Assembly: GCA_045807245.1 (NCBI GenBank)
Contig: JBJMHS010000061.1
Span: 3,054-67,053, forward strand
DNA from: Actinomycetales bacterium
Lineage (GTDB): Bacteria; Actinomycetota; Actinomycetes; Actinomycetales; CAVURS01
Length of the DNA stretch: 64,000 bases
Direction: 5' to 3'
The position numbers and the translations under genes were made by a program. Numbering within the stretch: position 1 is the stretch's first letter; each line of letters opens with the position of its first letter. Positions 39,920 to 49,561 of the stretch are shown here, in pieces. Under the pieces are notes generated by a model. It saw nothing but the letters and a program-made list of their open reading frames with translations, was not told the DNA's origin and did no database searches.

Positions 39920-41059
39920 ATGTCGGAGCTCCACCCGCTGGATGCCCTGGTGGGCCACGAAAAGGGACGCTCGGCCGAGCACGGGCGCCGTCGCCGGAGT
40001 CGTCGTCGCCGTGGACGGCGTTTCGTCGTCCTGCTGCTGGCCCTGGCCGTCGTCGCTCTGGCGGCTTTCGCCGGCCTGCAGTTCGTGCGCCCGATCTACA
40101 ACCACTTCACGGCGACGGACGACTACAGCGGCTCGGGCACCGGCACGGTGACCATCACCATCCAGCCCGGCCAGTCCGGCCGGTCCATCGGAGGGACGCT
40201 CGAGGCGGCGGGAGTGGTGAAGTCGGCCAGTGCTTTCGCGAGCGTCGCGGCCACGTCGCCCGATGCCGCGTCCATCCAGCCCGGCACGTACCGGATGCAC
40301 GCCAAGATGAGTTCTGAGGCCGCACTCAGCCTGCTGCTCGACCCGAGCTCGCGGATCACGGACCGGGTGACGGTGCGAGAAGGCCTGCGAACGACCGCCG
40401 TGATCGCCCTCCTGGCGAAGCAGACCGGCCAGCCGCTGAGCTCGTACCAGGCGGCCCTCAAGGACCCGCGGGCGATCGGCCTGCCGGCGTGGGCCGATGG
40501 CAAACCGGAGGGCCTGCTGTGGCCAGCGACCTACAGCTTCCCGCCCAAGACGTCGGCGGTCCACCAGCTGTCCGAGATGGTCAAGCAGACCCTCAGCCAT
40601 CTGAAGAGCTCGAACGTGCCGGATGCCCAAGCGATGCGCGTGCTGACCATGGCCTCGATCGTGCAGGTCGAGGCCCGTGCGGCGGCCGACGGGCCCAAGG
40701 TCGCCCGCGTGCTCGAGAACCGGCTGAAGATCGGCATGCGGCTCCAGCTGGACTCGACGGTGAGCTATGTGACGGGCAAGCCCGGCGTGGCCACGACCGC
40801 CGCCGACCGCGCCAACCCCTCGCCGTACAACACCTATGTGCACGCGGGGCTCCCACCGGGCCCGATCAGCAACCCGGGCCAGGCGGCCATCGACGCCGCC
40901 CTGCACCCGGCGAAGGGGAGCTGGCTGTACTTCGTCACGGTGAACCCGACCACGGGCGAGACGAAGTTCGCGACGACGGCGGCGGAGGCGGCGGCGAACC
41001 GGGCCGAGTTCCAGGCCTGGTGCACGGCGCACGAGGCAGCCTGCCGAGGGTCCGGATAA
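39920..41059 (+). CDS. mltG: Endolytic murein transglycosylase MltG (YceG)
   Basis: N-terminal TM segment, LysM-like segment, and catalytic region MASIVQVEA...LQLDSTVSY...SPYNTYVHAGLPPGPISNPG. Confidence 0.9.
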   Translation: MSELHPLDALVGHEKGRSAEHGRRRRSRRRRGRRFVVLLLALAVVALAAFAGLQFVRPIYNHFTATDDYSGSGTGTVTITIQPGQSGRSIGGTLEAAGVVKSASAFASVAATSPDAASIQPGTYRMHAKMSSEAALSLLLDPSSRITDRVTVREGLRTTAVIALLAKQTGQPLSSYQAALKDPRAIGLPAWADGKPEGLLWPATYSFPPKTSAVHQLSEMVKQTLSHLKSSNVPDAQAMRVLTMASIVQVEARAAADGPKVARVLENRLKIGMRLQLDSTVSYVTGKPGVATTAADRANPSPYNTYVHAGLPPGPISNPGQAAIDAALHPAKGSWLYFVTVNPTTGETKFATTAAEAAANRAEFQAWCTAHEAACRGSG

Positions 41060-41061
41060 CC

Positions 41062-41868
41062 GTGCCTGCCGCGGGGGTCATGGGTTCGCCGATCGCTCAC
41101 TCGCTCTCGCCGGCCCTGCATCTCGCGGCGTACCGCAGCCTCGGCCTGCCCTGGACGTACGTCGCCCGCGAGGTCGACGAGGCGGCGTTGCCCGAGGCGC
41201 TGGCCGGGTTGGGCCCGGACTGGGTGGGGGTCTCACTGACGATGCCGCTGAAGCAGGCCGTGCTGCCGCTGCTCGACGAGGTCAGCGACCTGGCCCGGGA
41301 CGTGGGTGCCGTCAACACGGTGACGTTCGGGCCCGGCGCCTGGCGGTCCGGGGACAACACCGACGTGTACGGGATCACGGCTGCCCTGCGGGCCGCTGGG
41401 GTCGAGGATGGCCGGGGGGCGGTCGTCCTCGGGGGCGGCGCCACCGCCGCATCCGCGGTGGCCGCGCTGCGCGAGCTGGGTGAGCAGACCGCGACGCTCG
41501 TGGTCCGGTCCCGCGAGCGGGCGAGGGGTGTCGAGGCGGCGGCCGAGCGGCTCGGGGTGCGCGTCCGGCTGGCGTCGTGGGACCAGGCCGGCCCGCTGGC
41601 GGCCTGCGCACCCGTCGTGGTCAGCACCGTGCCACCGGGTGCCGCGGACCGGATCCGGCTCAACGTGTCGACGGCCGGGGTGCTGCTGGACGTGGTCTAC
41701 CGCCCGTGGCCGACCGCCCTGGCCGGCGCCTGGCAGCGCGCGGGTGGGGTCGCCGTACCCGGTCTGGAGATGTTGGTGCACCAGGCGGCCGCCCAGGTGA
41801 GGGCCTGGACGGGCGAATGGCCCGATCTGCAGCAAATGATGCGTGCCGCCCAGGCTCAGACCGCCTGA
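41062..41868 (+). CDS. aroE: Shikimate dehydrogenase
   Basis: GSPIAHSLSPALHLAAY, GVSLTMPLK, VNTV...GDNTD and the GGGATAASAV Rossmann motif. GTG at 41062 within the longer ORF. Confidence 0.85.
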   Translation: MPAAGVMGSPIAHSLSPALHLAAYRSLGLPWTYVAREVDEAALPEALAGLGPDWVGVSLTMPLKQAVLPLLDEVSDLARDVGAVNTVTFGPGAWRSGDNTDVYGITAALRAAGVEDGRGAVVLGGGATAASAVAALRELGEQTATLVVRSRERARGVEAAAERLGVRVRLASWDQAGPLAACAPVVVSTVPPGAADRIRLNVSTAGVLLDVVYRPWPTALAGAWQRAGGVAVPGLEMLVHQAAAQVRAWTGEWPDLQQMMRAAQAQTA

Positions 41869-42001
41869 GCGACGGAACGTTGGCAAAGGCTCGTCAAGCC
41901 GGGCGGGCAACGCGCCGATAGGCCATTTGGTGGTCCCCTCCCCGCGTCGCCATGGCGTGGAGGTCAGTCGTGGGACCTGGGGCGGGAGGGGCCAGCAAGC
42001 C

Positions 42002-43660
42002 ATGCAGCTGAGCGACATCTTGCTGAACGACGGCCTCGTCAACGAGACCCAGCTCGCTGCTGCCTACGACGAGCACCAGAAGGACGGCCGCAGCCTCGGA
42101 CGGGTGCTGGTCGACCAGGGCGTGCTGTCGGAGTCGCAGCTGGTCGCGGCTCTGGCCCAGCAGGTCGGTCTGCCGTTCGTCGACCTGACCGAGTACAACG
42201 TCGACGGCTCGGCCATCGGGCGGGTCCCCGGCGGCGTCTGCCGCCGGCACGTGGCCCTGCCGATCGCCTACGAGGACGGCCGCCTGCTCGTGGCGATGGC
42301 CGACCCGGGCAACGTCTTCGCCCTCGACGACTTCCGGTCCATCACCGGCATGGACGTCCGTCCGGTCGTTGCGACCAAGGGCGACGTCCTGGCCGCCATC
42401 GACCGCTACTACCGCGCCGACGCGGACATGGACGACATCACCAGCGCGATGGAGGTCGAGGAGGACGACGACCTCTCCAACGTCCGCGAGGTGGTCGAGG
42501 ACGCCCCGATCGTCAAGTACGTGAACCTGCTCATCACCCAGGCCATCCAGGACCGCGCGTCCGACATCCACATCGAGCCGACCGAGCACGACCTGCGCGT
42601 GCGCTACCGCATCGACGGTGTGCTGCACGAGGTCATGCGCTCGCCGCGTGCGATCCAGTCCGGTGTCACGTCCCGCCTGAAGATCATGGCCGACATCAAC
42701 ATCGCCGAGCGCCGCATCCCCCAGGACGGCCGGCTCTCGGTGAACGCGCACGGCAAGAAGATCGACCTCCGCGTGGCCACGTTGCCGACGGTGTGGGGCG
42801 AGAAGGTCGTCATGCGTGTCCTCGACAACTCGACGGCACGGCTCAGCCTGGACGACCTCGGCTTCGGCGCTTCGAACTACACGCGCTACTCGAAGAGCTT
42901 CACCAAGCCCTACGGGATGATGCTCGTCACGGGCCCGACCGGGTCGGGCAAGTCGACCACGCTGTACGCCACGCTGAACATCGTCAGCAAGCCCGAGGTC
43001 AACGTCATCACGGTCGAGGACCCGGTCGAGTACCGCCTGCCCGGCATCAACCAGGTGCAGACGAACACCAAGGCCGGCCTCACCTTCGCCTCGGCGCTGC
43101 GCTCGATCCTGCGGTCCGACCCCGACGTCGTCCTGATCGGTGAGATCCGTGACCACGAGACGGCACAGATCGCCGTCGAGGCCGCGCTCACCGGTCACCT
43201 CGTGCTCTCCACGCTGCACACCAACGACGCCCCGAGCTCCATCACCCGGCTGACCGAGATGGGCATCGAGCCCTTCCTCGTCGGCTCCGCGCTCGACTGC
43301 GTGCTGGCCCAGCGCCTCACCCGCCGCCTGTGCGACAAGTGCAAGGAGGCCTACCAGCCGGACGCGGAGCTGCTCGAACGGGTGGGTTACCCCTGGACGC
43401 CGGCCGACCAGATCCCCACCCTCTTCCGCGCGGTGGGATGCTCCGCCTGCTCCAAGACGGGCTACAAGGGCCGGATCGCTCTGCACGAGGTCATGGAAGT
43501 GACCGAGGAGATCGAGCGGCTCACCGTCGAGCGCGCCTCGGCGGCGGCCATCGGTGAGATCGCCCGGGCCCAGGGCATGCTCACCCTGCGCCAGGACGGC
43601 ATGTCCAAGGTCGGACAGGGCGTCACCTCCATCGAAGAGATCCTGCGCGTCGTCGTCTGA
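42002..43660 (+). CDS. pilB: Type IV pilus assembly ATPase PilB (GspE family)
   Basis: T2SSE_N-type N-domain, Walker A VTGPTGSGKSTT, Asp box, Walker B VLIGEIRD, His box STLHTNDA, tetracysteine CDKC...CSAC. Confidence 0.92.
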   Translation: MQLSDILLNDGLVNETQLAAAYDEHQKDGRSLGRVLVDQGVLSESQLVAALAQQVGLPFVDLTEYNVDGSAIGRVPGGVCRRHVALPIAYEDGRLLVAMADPGNVFALDDFRSITGMDVRPVVATKGDVLAAIDRYYRADADMDDITSAMEVEEDDDLSNVREVVEDAPIVKYVNLLITQAIQDRASDIHIEPTEHDLRVRYRIDGVLHEVMRSPRAIQSGVTSRLKIMADINIAERRIPQDGRLSVNAHGKKIDLRVATLPTVWGEKVVMRVLDNSTARLSLDDLGFGASNYTRYSKSFTKPYGMMLVTGPTGSGKSTTLYATLNIVSKPEVNVITVEDPVEYRLPGINQVQTNTKAGLTFASALRSILRSDPDVVLIGEIRDHETAQIAVEAALTGHLVLSTLHTNDAPSSITRLTEMGIEPFLVGSALDCVLAQRLTRRLCDKCKEAYQPDAELLERVGYPWTPADQIPTLFRAVGCSACSKTGYKGRIALHEVMEVTEEIERLTVERASAAAIGEIARAQGMLTLRQDGMSKVGQGVTSIEEILRVVV

Positions 43661-43821
43661 CGCCCCTCGCGCTCGGTCGCGAACACGAACGGACTAACCC
43701 GTCCGTCGTACTCAAGCGCCACAGGCAGCAGGCCGATAGCCCATCCGAGGCGGCATGTCCGTCGCCCGACCGACCAGCGAACGAGCTCGCAGCGACAAGG
43801 GTCGCTTACGAGGGGAGACCC

Positions 43822-45081
43822 GTGGACAGCTACGGCCAGTCGAACGGCGCGTACGTGCCCGACAACTACGCGTACACCGCCGACTCGAGCGCAGCGTCCG
43901 CACGGGTGCCGCACCAGGCGGGACCGGCGACCAGCGTGGCCATCGACGAGGACGACATGGACATGGCCGGCGCGTCGTACCGCCGGGCCAGCACGGAGCG
44001 GCGGGCCGAGGTCGGCGACCTGAACCTGCACGACCTGCTGATCACCGTGCTCGACCGCAAGGCGTCCGACCTGCACCTCACCGCTGGCGCACTGCCGACG
44101 CTGCGGATCAACGGCGAGCTCGTCCCGATGGAGGACTTCGAGCCGCTGAGCCCGGCCGAGCTGCAGCGCGTGCTGTTCGCGGCGCTCACCCAGAAGCAGC
44201 GCGAGCGCTTCGAGGCCGAGCTCGAGCTGGACCTGAGCTACTCGGTGCCGGGCAAGGCTCGGTTCCGGGTCAACGTGTACCGCCAGCGTGAGGCGATCGG
44301 GGCGGCCTTCCGCCTGATCCCTTACGAGATCAAGCCACTCGACGCCCTCGGCATCCCGCCGGCGGTCAAGAACTTCTCCGGCCTGCCGCGTGGCCTGGTC
44401 CTCGTGACCGGTCCGACCGGTTCCGGCAAGTCGACGACGCTGGCCGGCCTGATCGACCTGGCCAACCGCACCCGGCACGACCACATCATGACCGTCGAGG
44501 ACCCGATCGAGTTCCTGCACCGCCACAAGTCCTGCCTGGTCAACCAGCGCGAGGTCGGCGAGGACACGCACTCGTTCGCGGCCGCGCTCAAGCACGTGCT
44601 GCGCCAGGACCCGGACATCATCCTGGTCGGTGAGATGCGAGACCTGGAGACGATCTCGGTGGCCCTGACCGCGGCCGAGACCGGCCACCTGGTCTTCGCC
44701 ACCCTGCACACGCAGGACGCCGCCCAGACCATCGACCGCGTCATCGACGTCTTCCCGGCCGAGCAGCAGGAGCAGGTGCGCGCGCAGCTCGCCGGCGCCG
44801 TCCAGGGCGTCGTCTGCCAGACGCTGTGCAAGACGGCCGACGGCAAGGGCCGGGTCGTCGCCACCGAGGTGCTGGTCGCGACGCCGGGCGTCCGCAACCT
44901 GATCCGCGAGGGCAAGACGCACCAGATCTACTCGGCGATGCAGGCCGGCGCCCAGCACGGCATGCACACGCTGGACCAGCACCTCGCCGAGCTGGTCCGC
45001 ACCAACCAGATCACGTACGAACACGGTCTGGAGAAGTGCCACCACGTCGAGGACTTCAACCGCCTGCTCGGCCGGATCTAG
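43822..45081 (+). CDS. pilT: Type IV pilus retraction ATPase PilT
   Basis: ASDLHLTAG, Walker A VTGPTGSGKSTT, ILVGEMRD, FATLHT and the PilT signature PGVRNLIREGK. The GTG 43822 start (SD GAGGGGA) gives a ~66-aa N-terminal extension. Internal ATGs offer a shorter alternative. Confidence 0.92.
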   Translation: MDSYGQSNGAYVPDNYAYTADSSAASARVPHQAGPATSVAIDEDDMDMAGASYRRASTERRAEVGDLNLHDLLITVLDRKASDLHLTAGALPTLRINGELVPMEDFEPLSPAELQRVLFAALTQKQRERFEAELELDLSYSVPGKARFRVNVYRQREAIGAAFRLIPYEIKPLDALGIPPAVKNFSGLPRGLVLVTGPTGSGKSTTLAGLIDLANRTRHDHIMTVEDPIEFLHRHKSCLVNQREVGEDTHSFAAALKHVLRQDPDIILVGEMRDLETISVALTAAETGHLVFATLHTQDAAQTIDRVIDVFPAEQQEQVRAQLAGAVQGVVCQTLCKTADGKGRVVATEVLVATPGVRNLIREGKTHQIYSAMQAGAQHGMHTLDQHLAELVRTNQITYEHGLEKCHHVEDFNRLLGRI

Positions 45082-45105
45082 CCGGACCTAAGAGGAGCTC
45101 CAGCC

Positions 45106-46326
45106 ATGACCATGACGAAGTACGAGTACGCGGTCCGCGACAAGTCCGGCAAGCTCGTCAAGGGCACGCTCGACGCCGAGAACCAGGGCCAGGTCGTCGC
45201 CAAGCTGCGCACGATGGGCTTCGCGCCCGTCAGCATCAGCGAGACGAACTCCGGGATGAAGAAGGAGATCACGATCCCCGGCTTCAGCAACCGGGTGAAG
45301 CTGAAGGACCTGGCGATCATGTCCCGCCAGTTCGCGACCATGATCTCCTCCGGCCTGTCCCTCCTGCGAGCGCTGACCATCCTCGCCGAGCAGACCGAGA
45401 ACAAGGAGCTGGCGCGCGTCCTCGGGCTGGTCCGCTCGGACGTCGAGGCCGGGCAGTCGCTCTCCTCGGCCCTCGCCAAGTTCCCCAAGGTCTTCCCCCC
45501 GCTCATGGTCAACATGTGCCGGGCCGGTGAGGTCGGTGGCTTCCTCGACGGCGTGCTGCTGCAGATCGCGGAGAACTACGAGGCCGAGGTCAAGCTGCGC
45601 GGCAAGATCAAGTCGGCGATGACCTATCCCACCGTGGTGTTCTGCATTGCGATCGTCGCGGTCATCGGCATGCTGCTGTTCATCGTCCCGGTGTTCGCCA
45701 AGATGTTCAAAGACCTGGGCGGTACCTTGCCGGCGCCGACGCGGGTCCTGGTCGAGCTCAGCGCGATCGTGAAGTACGGCTTCCCGTTCATGCTGGTGGG
45801 CGTCATCGCGCTGTTCATCACCTGGCAGCGGGTCAAGCACAAGGACGCTGTCCGGGCGGTCTTCGACCCGTTGAAGCTCAAGGTCCCGGTGTTCGGCAAC
45901 CTGTTCCAGAAGGTCGCGCTGAGCCGGTTCAGCCGCAACCTGGGCACGATGCTTCGTTCCGGCGTACCGATCCTGCAGTCGCTGGACATCGTCGCTTCGA
46001 CCACGGCGAACGTCGTTCTCGAGCGTGCGGTACGCGACGTCCAGGAGAGCGTACGGCGCGGCGAGTCGCTCGCGGGGCCGCTGGCTCAGCACAAGGTGTT
46101 CCCGCCCATGGTCGTCCAGATGCTCGCCATCGGCGAGGACACAGGAGCCATGGACACGATGCTCGAGAAGATCGCCGAGTTCTACGACCAAGAGGTGGAG
46201 GCCACGACCGAGGCGCTGACCAGCCTGATCGAGCCGCTCATGATCGCGGTCCTCGGCAGCATCATCGGGTCGATGATCATCGCCCTCTACATGCCGATCT
46301 TCAAGGTCTTCGACCTCATCAAGTAG
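45106..46326 (+). CDS. pilC: Type IV pilus platform protein PilC (GspF family)
   Basis: 406 aa with two T2SSF repeats (FSRQFATMISSGLSLLRAL; FSRNLGTMLRSGVPILQSL) and 3 TM segments. Confidence 0.92.
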   Translation: MTMTKYEYAVRDKSGKLVKGTLDAENQGQVVAKLRTMGFAPVSISETNSGMKKEITIPGFSNRVKLKDLAIMSRQFATMISSGLSLLRALTILAEQTENKELARVLGLVRSDVEAGQSLSSALAKFPKVFPPLMVNMCRAGEVGGFLDGVLLQIAENYEAEVKLRGKIKSAMTYPTVVFCIAIVAVIGMLLFIVPVFAKMFKDLGGTLPAPTRVLVELSAIVKYGFPFMLVGVIALFITWQRVKHKDAVRAVFDPLKLKVPVFGNLFQKVALSRFSRNLGTMLRSGVPILQSLDIVASTTANVVLERAVRDVQESVRRGESLAGPLAQHKVFPPMVVQMLAIGEDTGAMDTMLEKIAEFYDQEVEATTEALTSLIEPLMIAVLGSIIGSMIIALYMPIFKVFDLIK

Positions 46327-46528
46327 TCGCTCGACTCGGGCCGGAAGAGTGGCCACCCACGCACGGTCACCCTTTCGGCGTAGTCGAAAAAGTCATGACG
46401 ATTGCCCCGTTCGGACGCTCAAGCCCGCGCGGCAGAAGTCGATAAACCACCTGTAAGCGAGCCGTGCCTCCCGAACATGAACCGGGCACCGCGGGCGGCT
46501 CCGTCTCATAACAGAAAGGGAGCAGCAG

Positions 46529-46975
46529 ATGCTCGCTCGCATCCGCAAGTCGATGGAGGAGAAGGACCAGGGCTTCACCCTGATCGAGCTCCTCGTCGTC
46601 ATGATCATCATCGGCATCCTGGCCGCCATCGCGATCCCGGTCTTCTTGAACCAGCGCGCCAAGGCCCGTGACACCTCGACCAAGGCCGACGTGTCCACGC
46701 TGGGTAAGGAGGTCGCGACGTACTTCGTTGACGGCACTGGCACGCTGACCGCGACGCAGGCCGGCGGCGCCGGCACCGACATCACCCTCGGCGACGGTGC
46801 GGCGACCAACCCGTACACCACCGTCATCAAGGTGAGCAACGGTACGACCCTGGGCACCGGCAAGAACCTGAACAGCTCGACCACCTGGTGTGTCGCTCTG
46901 TCCAACGCGAACGGCTCGGTCAAGAACTACTACTACTCGGCTGCCGCTGGCCTCAACGCCGGCACCTGCCCGTGA
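46529..46975 (+). CDS. pilA: Type IV pilin (class III signal peptide), copy 1
   Basis: The leader ends KDQG, then FTLIELLVVMIIIGILAAIAIPVF (Glu5). C-terminal Cys pair (TWCVAL...GTCP). SD AAAGGGAG upstream. A strong hairpin follows. Confidence 0.9.
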   Translation: MLARIRKSMEEKDQGFTLIELLVVMIIIGILAAIAIPVFLNQRAKARDTSTKADVSTLGKEVATYFVDGTGTLTATQAGGAGTDITLGDGAATNPYTTVIKVSNGTTLGTGKNLNSSTTWCVALSNANGSVKNYYYSAAAGLNAGTCP

Positions 46976-46996
46976 TCTAGCGCTTGACCACTACGG

Positions 46997-47023
46997 ATGG
47001 GCGGCCCCTTGCGGGCCGCCCAT
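46997..47023 (+). terminator. Hairpin terminator/attenuator after pilin copy 1
   Basis: Perfect 11-bp stem ATGGGCGGCCC / GGGCCGCCCAT with a 5-nt loop, 22 nt after the stop. Confidence 0.6.
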
Positions 47024-47143
47024 TCGTGCGTCGTAGGCGTGCGCCGCGCGGGTGAGATGTGCCCGTGCGCCCTCAAGGTGCCGAGCGCGCAGCCGACAGA
47101 CACAGCAAGGCCTCCACTTTCCCTGAGCCATGCAGAGGACACG

Positions 47144-47572
47144 ATGCTTCGCAAGAGCCTGCGGGCAACGCGTGACGACGACGGCTTCACCCTGATCGAG
47201 CTGTTGGTCGTCATGATCATCATCGGGATCCTTGCGGCCATCGCCATCCCGGTGTTCCTCAACCAACGGGCCAAGGCCCGTGACACGGCGGTGAAGGCCG
47301 ACGTCTCCCGGTTGGGCAAGGAGGTTGCGACGTACTTCGTCGACGGCACCGGCACCCTGTCGCTGGACTTCGCCTCCACTCCTGGCTCGGTCGTGCTCAT
47401 GGACGGCGCGGCGACGGTCACGACCGTCCAGCTGACCACAGGAACCAGCTCCAGCACGGCCACGGGCCTCGGCCTGCCGACCGGTTGGTGTGTCTCGCTG
47501 ACGAACGCGAGCGGCATGCAGAAGACCTTCCAGTACTCGGCCGCCAGTGGTCTCAAGACCGGCGCCTGCTAA
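47144..47572 (+). CDS. Type IV pilin, copy 2
   Basis: The leader ends RDDDG, then FTLIELLVVMIIIGILAAIAIPVFLNQRAKARDT, identical to copy 1. C-terminal Cys pair (GWCVSL...GAC). The variable middle differs from copy 1. Confidence 0.88.
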   Translation: MLRKSLRATRDDDGFTLIELLVVMIIIGILAAIAIPVFLNQRAKARDTAVKADVSRLGKEVATYFVDGTGTLSLDFASTPGSVVLMDGAATVTTVQLTTGTSSSTATGLGLPTGWCVSLTNASGMQKTFQYSAASGLKTGAC

Positions 47573-47597
47573 CCGGATCGGCGAGAGAGGAACAACC

Positions 47598-48872
47598 GTG
47601 GTCGATCGGCCGCCTCGCGCGGACGAGGGCTTCAGCATGATGGAGGTCCTCGTGGCCGCCATGATCTTCGCCCTTGCCGCGACCGTGCTCGCCGGCGTCT
47701 TCATCAAGACGCTCGGGCTGGCGCAGAGCAACACGCAGCGGACCACCGCTGCGAACCTCGCGACCCAGCAGATGGAGAAGCTGCGCGCCATGGACGCGAC
47801 GCAGATCCCCGACGGTCAGACCACGATCGGTCCGGTCACCGTCGGCGGCACGTCGTACACGCTCACGCAGTACGTCGAGCTCAAGACCCAGGACGGTACG
47901 GCGTGCGTCGGGACCGGCACGGAGCTGACGGCCAAGCAGATCACGGTGCTCGTGACCTGGCCGAACCAGGGCGCCGTGAAGCCGGTCCGCAGCGACACGA
48001 TCCGGACCCTGAACTCGACCGACGACGTGGTCACGGCGTCGAAGGGCGCGTTGGCCGTCACCGTCCAGGCTGCCGACGGCACGGGCACGGCGAGCATCCC
48101 GGTCACGCTCACCACGTCGACCGGCACCTTCGTCCAGACCCTGACGTCGGGTGTCGACGGCTGCGTCGTCTTCACCGGCCTGGCGCCGGGCAGCTACCTG
48201 GCCAACGCCAACACGATGAACTACGTCGACCAGGACGGTGACCAGTCGACGTCGAGTACGGCGCTCGGCGTTACTGCGAACACGATCGCCAAGGGCGTCT
48301 TGCCCTACGACCTGCTAGGCGGCATCGCGATCACACCTCAGACACCGGACGTGAACTACCCGGTCCCGAGCGCCGTCGGCCTCACGCTGACCACCTCGGT
48401 GTGGTCGCCCAGCCAGAACCGGCCGTACGTCACGTGCGTAGGCGCGACCGTGTCGGGTTGTGTGTCCGGGACCTCGCTTCGGAACGCCTCGTCCCTGTTC
48501 CCGGCCAAGTACGGCGCCTGGGCCGGCACCTGCTCGGACGCCGCGACACTGGCCGGCACGCCGACCCTCGCGACGGTCAAGAGCGGGAACACCACGTCGT
48601 ACACCGTGTCGAACTTCGGCCGGGCCCGCGCGGTCATCGGCCCGCTCGTCGTGGGCGGCCCGCACCTGTACGCGGTGCACGCGGCCGACGCGGTCTGCCC
48701 GTCAGGTGAGATCTACGACCTCGGCACGGTCACGGCCGGCCAGACGGTCAACACCGCGCTGCCGTGGGGAACCTGGCGCCTGCAGCTGACCACCACGGGC
48801 GTCCCCACAACGCAGACGGTGAGCCTGTCCAGCGGCGTCTCGTCGCCGCAGACGGTGACGGTGCTCCTATGA
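47598..48872 (+). CDS. Large minor pilin, PilV-like N-domain with C-terminal beta-sandwich extensions
   Basis: Prepilin motif ADEG/FSMMEVLVAAMIFALA (Glu5), then TAANLATQQMEKLRA. A carboxypeptidase-regulatory-like segment VTVQAADGTGTASIPVTL...GCVVFTGLAPGSY follows. ~424 aa. GTG at 47598. Confidence 0.75.
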   Translation: MVDRPPRADEGFSMMEVLVAAMIFALAATVLAGVFIKTLGLAQSNTQRTTAANLATQQMEKLRAMDATQIPDGQTTIGPVTVGGTSYTLTQYVELKTQDGTACVGTGTELTAKQITVLVTWPNQGAVKPVRSDTIRTLNSTDDVVTASKGALAVTVQAADGTGTASIPVTLTTSTGTFVQTLTSGVDGCVVFTGLAPGSYLANANTMNYVDQDGDQSTSSTALGVTANTIAKGVLPYDLLGGIAITPQTPDVNYPVPSAVGLTLTTSVWSPSQNRPYVTCVGATVSGCVSGTSLRNASSLFPAKYGAWAGTCSDAATLAGTPTLATVKSGNTTSYTVSNFGRARAVIGPLVVGGPHLYAVHAADAVCPSGEIYDLGTVTAGQTVNTALPWGTWRLQLTTTGVPTTQTVSLSSGVSSPQTVTVLL

Positions 48873-49561
48873 CCCGCCTGCACTCGGCTCTCCGGCGTGT
48901 CCGGGCCGGTCACGGCTCTCCGGACTCGGGTATGAGCCTCATGGAACTCATCATCGCGATGGCGGTGGCCTCGATCGTGCTGCTCGGTGTCGGCACGTTG
49001 TTCGTCAGCAGCCTTCGTCAGAACCGCACGGTGATGGCGAAGACGACGACCACGGCCGACGCCCGCATCGGCATGGAGGCGATGACGCGTGACCTCCGCG
49101 TCGCGGTCGTTCCCTCGGGTGGCACCAGCCCGTTCAACTCGCCTGTGGGCACACCGGTCAGCTCCTCGCGGATCAGCGTGTACAGCAGCCTGGGTGCCGT
49201 CACGGGCACCACGGACCCGCAGCCGACGCTGGTGACGTTCTACTACGACTCGACGAAGAAGTGCCTGGTCCGGGAGCTGACGCCGTCCAGCGGCTCTCTT
49301 ACGTGGACCTGCATCGCTCGCGGGACCATCAACGCCAGCGGCGACGCGCTCTTCACGTACTACCCCCTTGCGGCGGACGGAACCGTGAGCACCACGCCGT
49401 ACGCCCCCTCGGCCATCACCAGCAACCTCCCGACGATTGCGAGCGTCGCCATCAACCTCCAGGTCAACGACCCCGCCAACCCCTCGGTGCTGCCGACCAA
49501 GCTCCAGGACCAGGTTTCCATGATCAATATCGTCACCGCGCTGCAGGCAGGTGTGTCGTGA
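48869..49561 (+). CDS. Minor pilin, PilW-like
   Basis: Prepilin motif PDSG/MSLMELIIAMAVASIVLLGV (Glu5), then ADARIGMEAMTRDLRVA. ATGA overlap with the upstream stop. Confidence 0.7.
   Translation: MTRLHSALRRVRAGHGSPDSGMSLMELIIAMAVASIVLLGVGTLFVSSLRQNRTVMAKTTTTADARIGMEAMTRDLRVAVVPSGGTSPFNSPVGTPVSSSRISVYSSLGAVTGTTDPQPTLVTFYYDSTKKCLVRELTPSSGSLTWTCIARGTINASGDALFTYYPLAADGTVSTTPYAPSAITSNLPTIASVAINLQVNDPANPSVLPTKLQDQVSMINIVTALQAGVS

Noticed and set aside
41869-42001. A c-di-GMP (GEMM-I-like) riboswitch in the pilB leader, suggested by GGCAAAGGC and GGGCAACGC strings.
   Set aside because: The flanking helices and the conserved ACGCAAAGC / tetraloop-receptor arrangement could not be reconstructed. The similarity is limited to short GC-rich strings.
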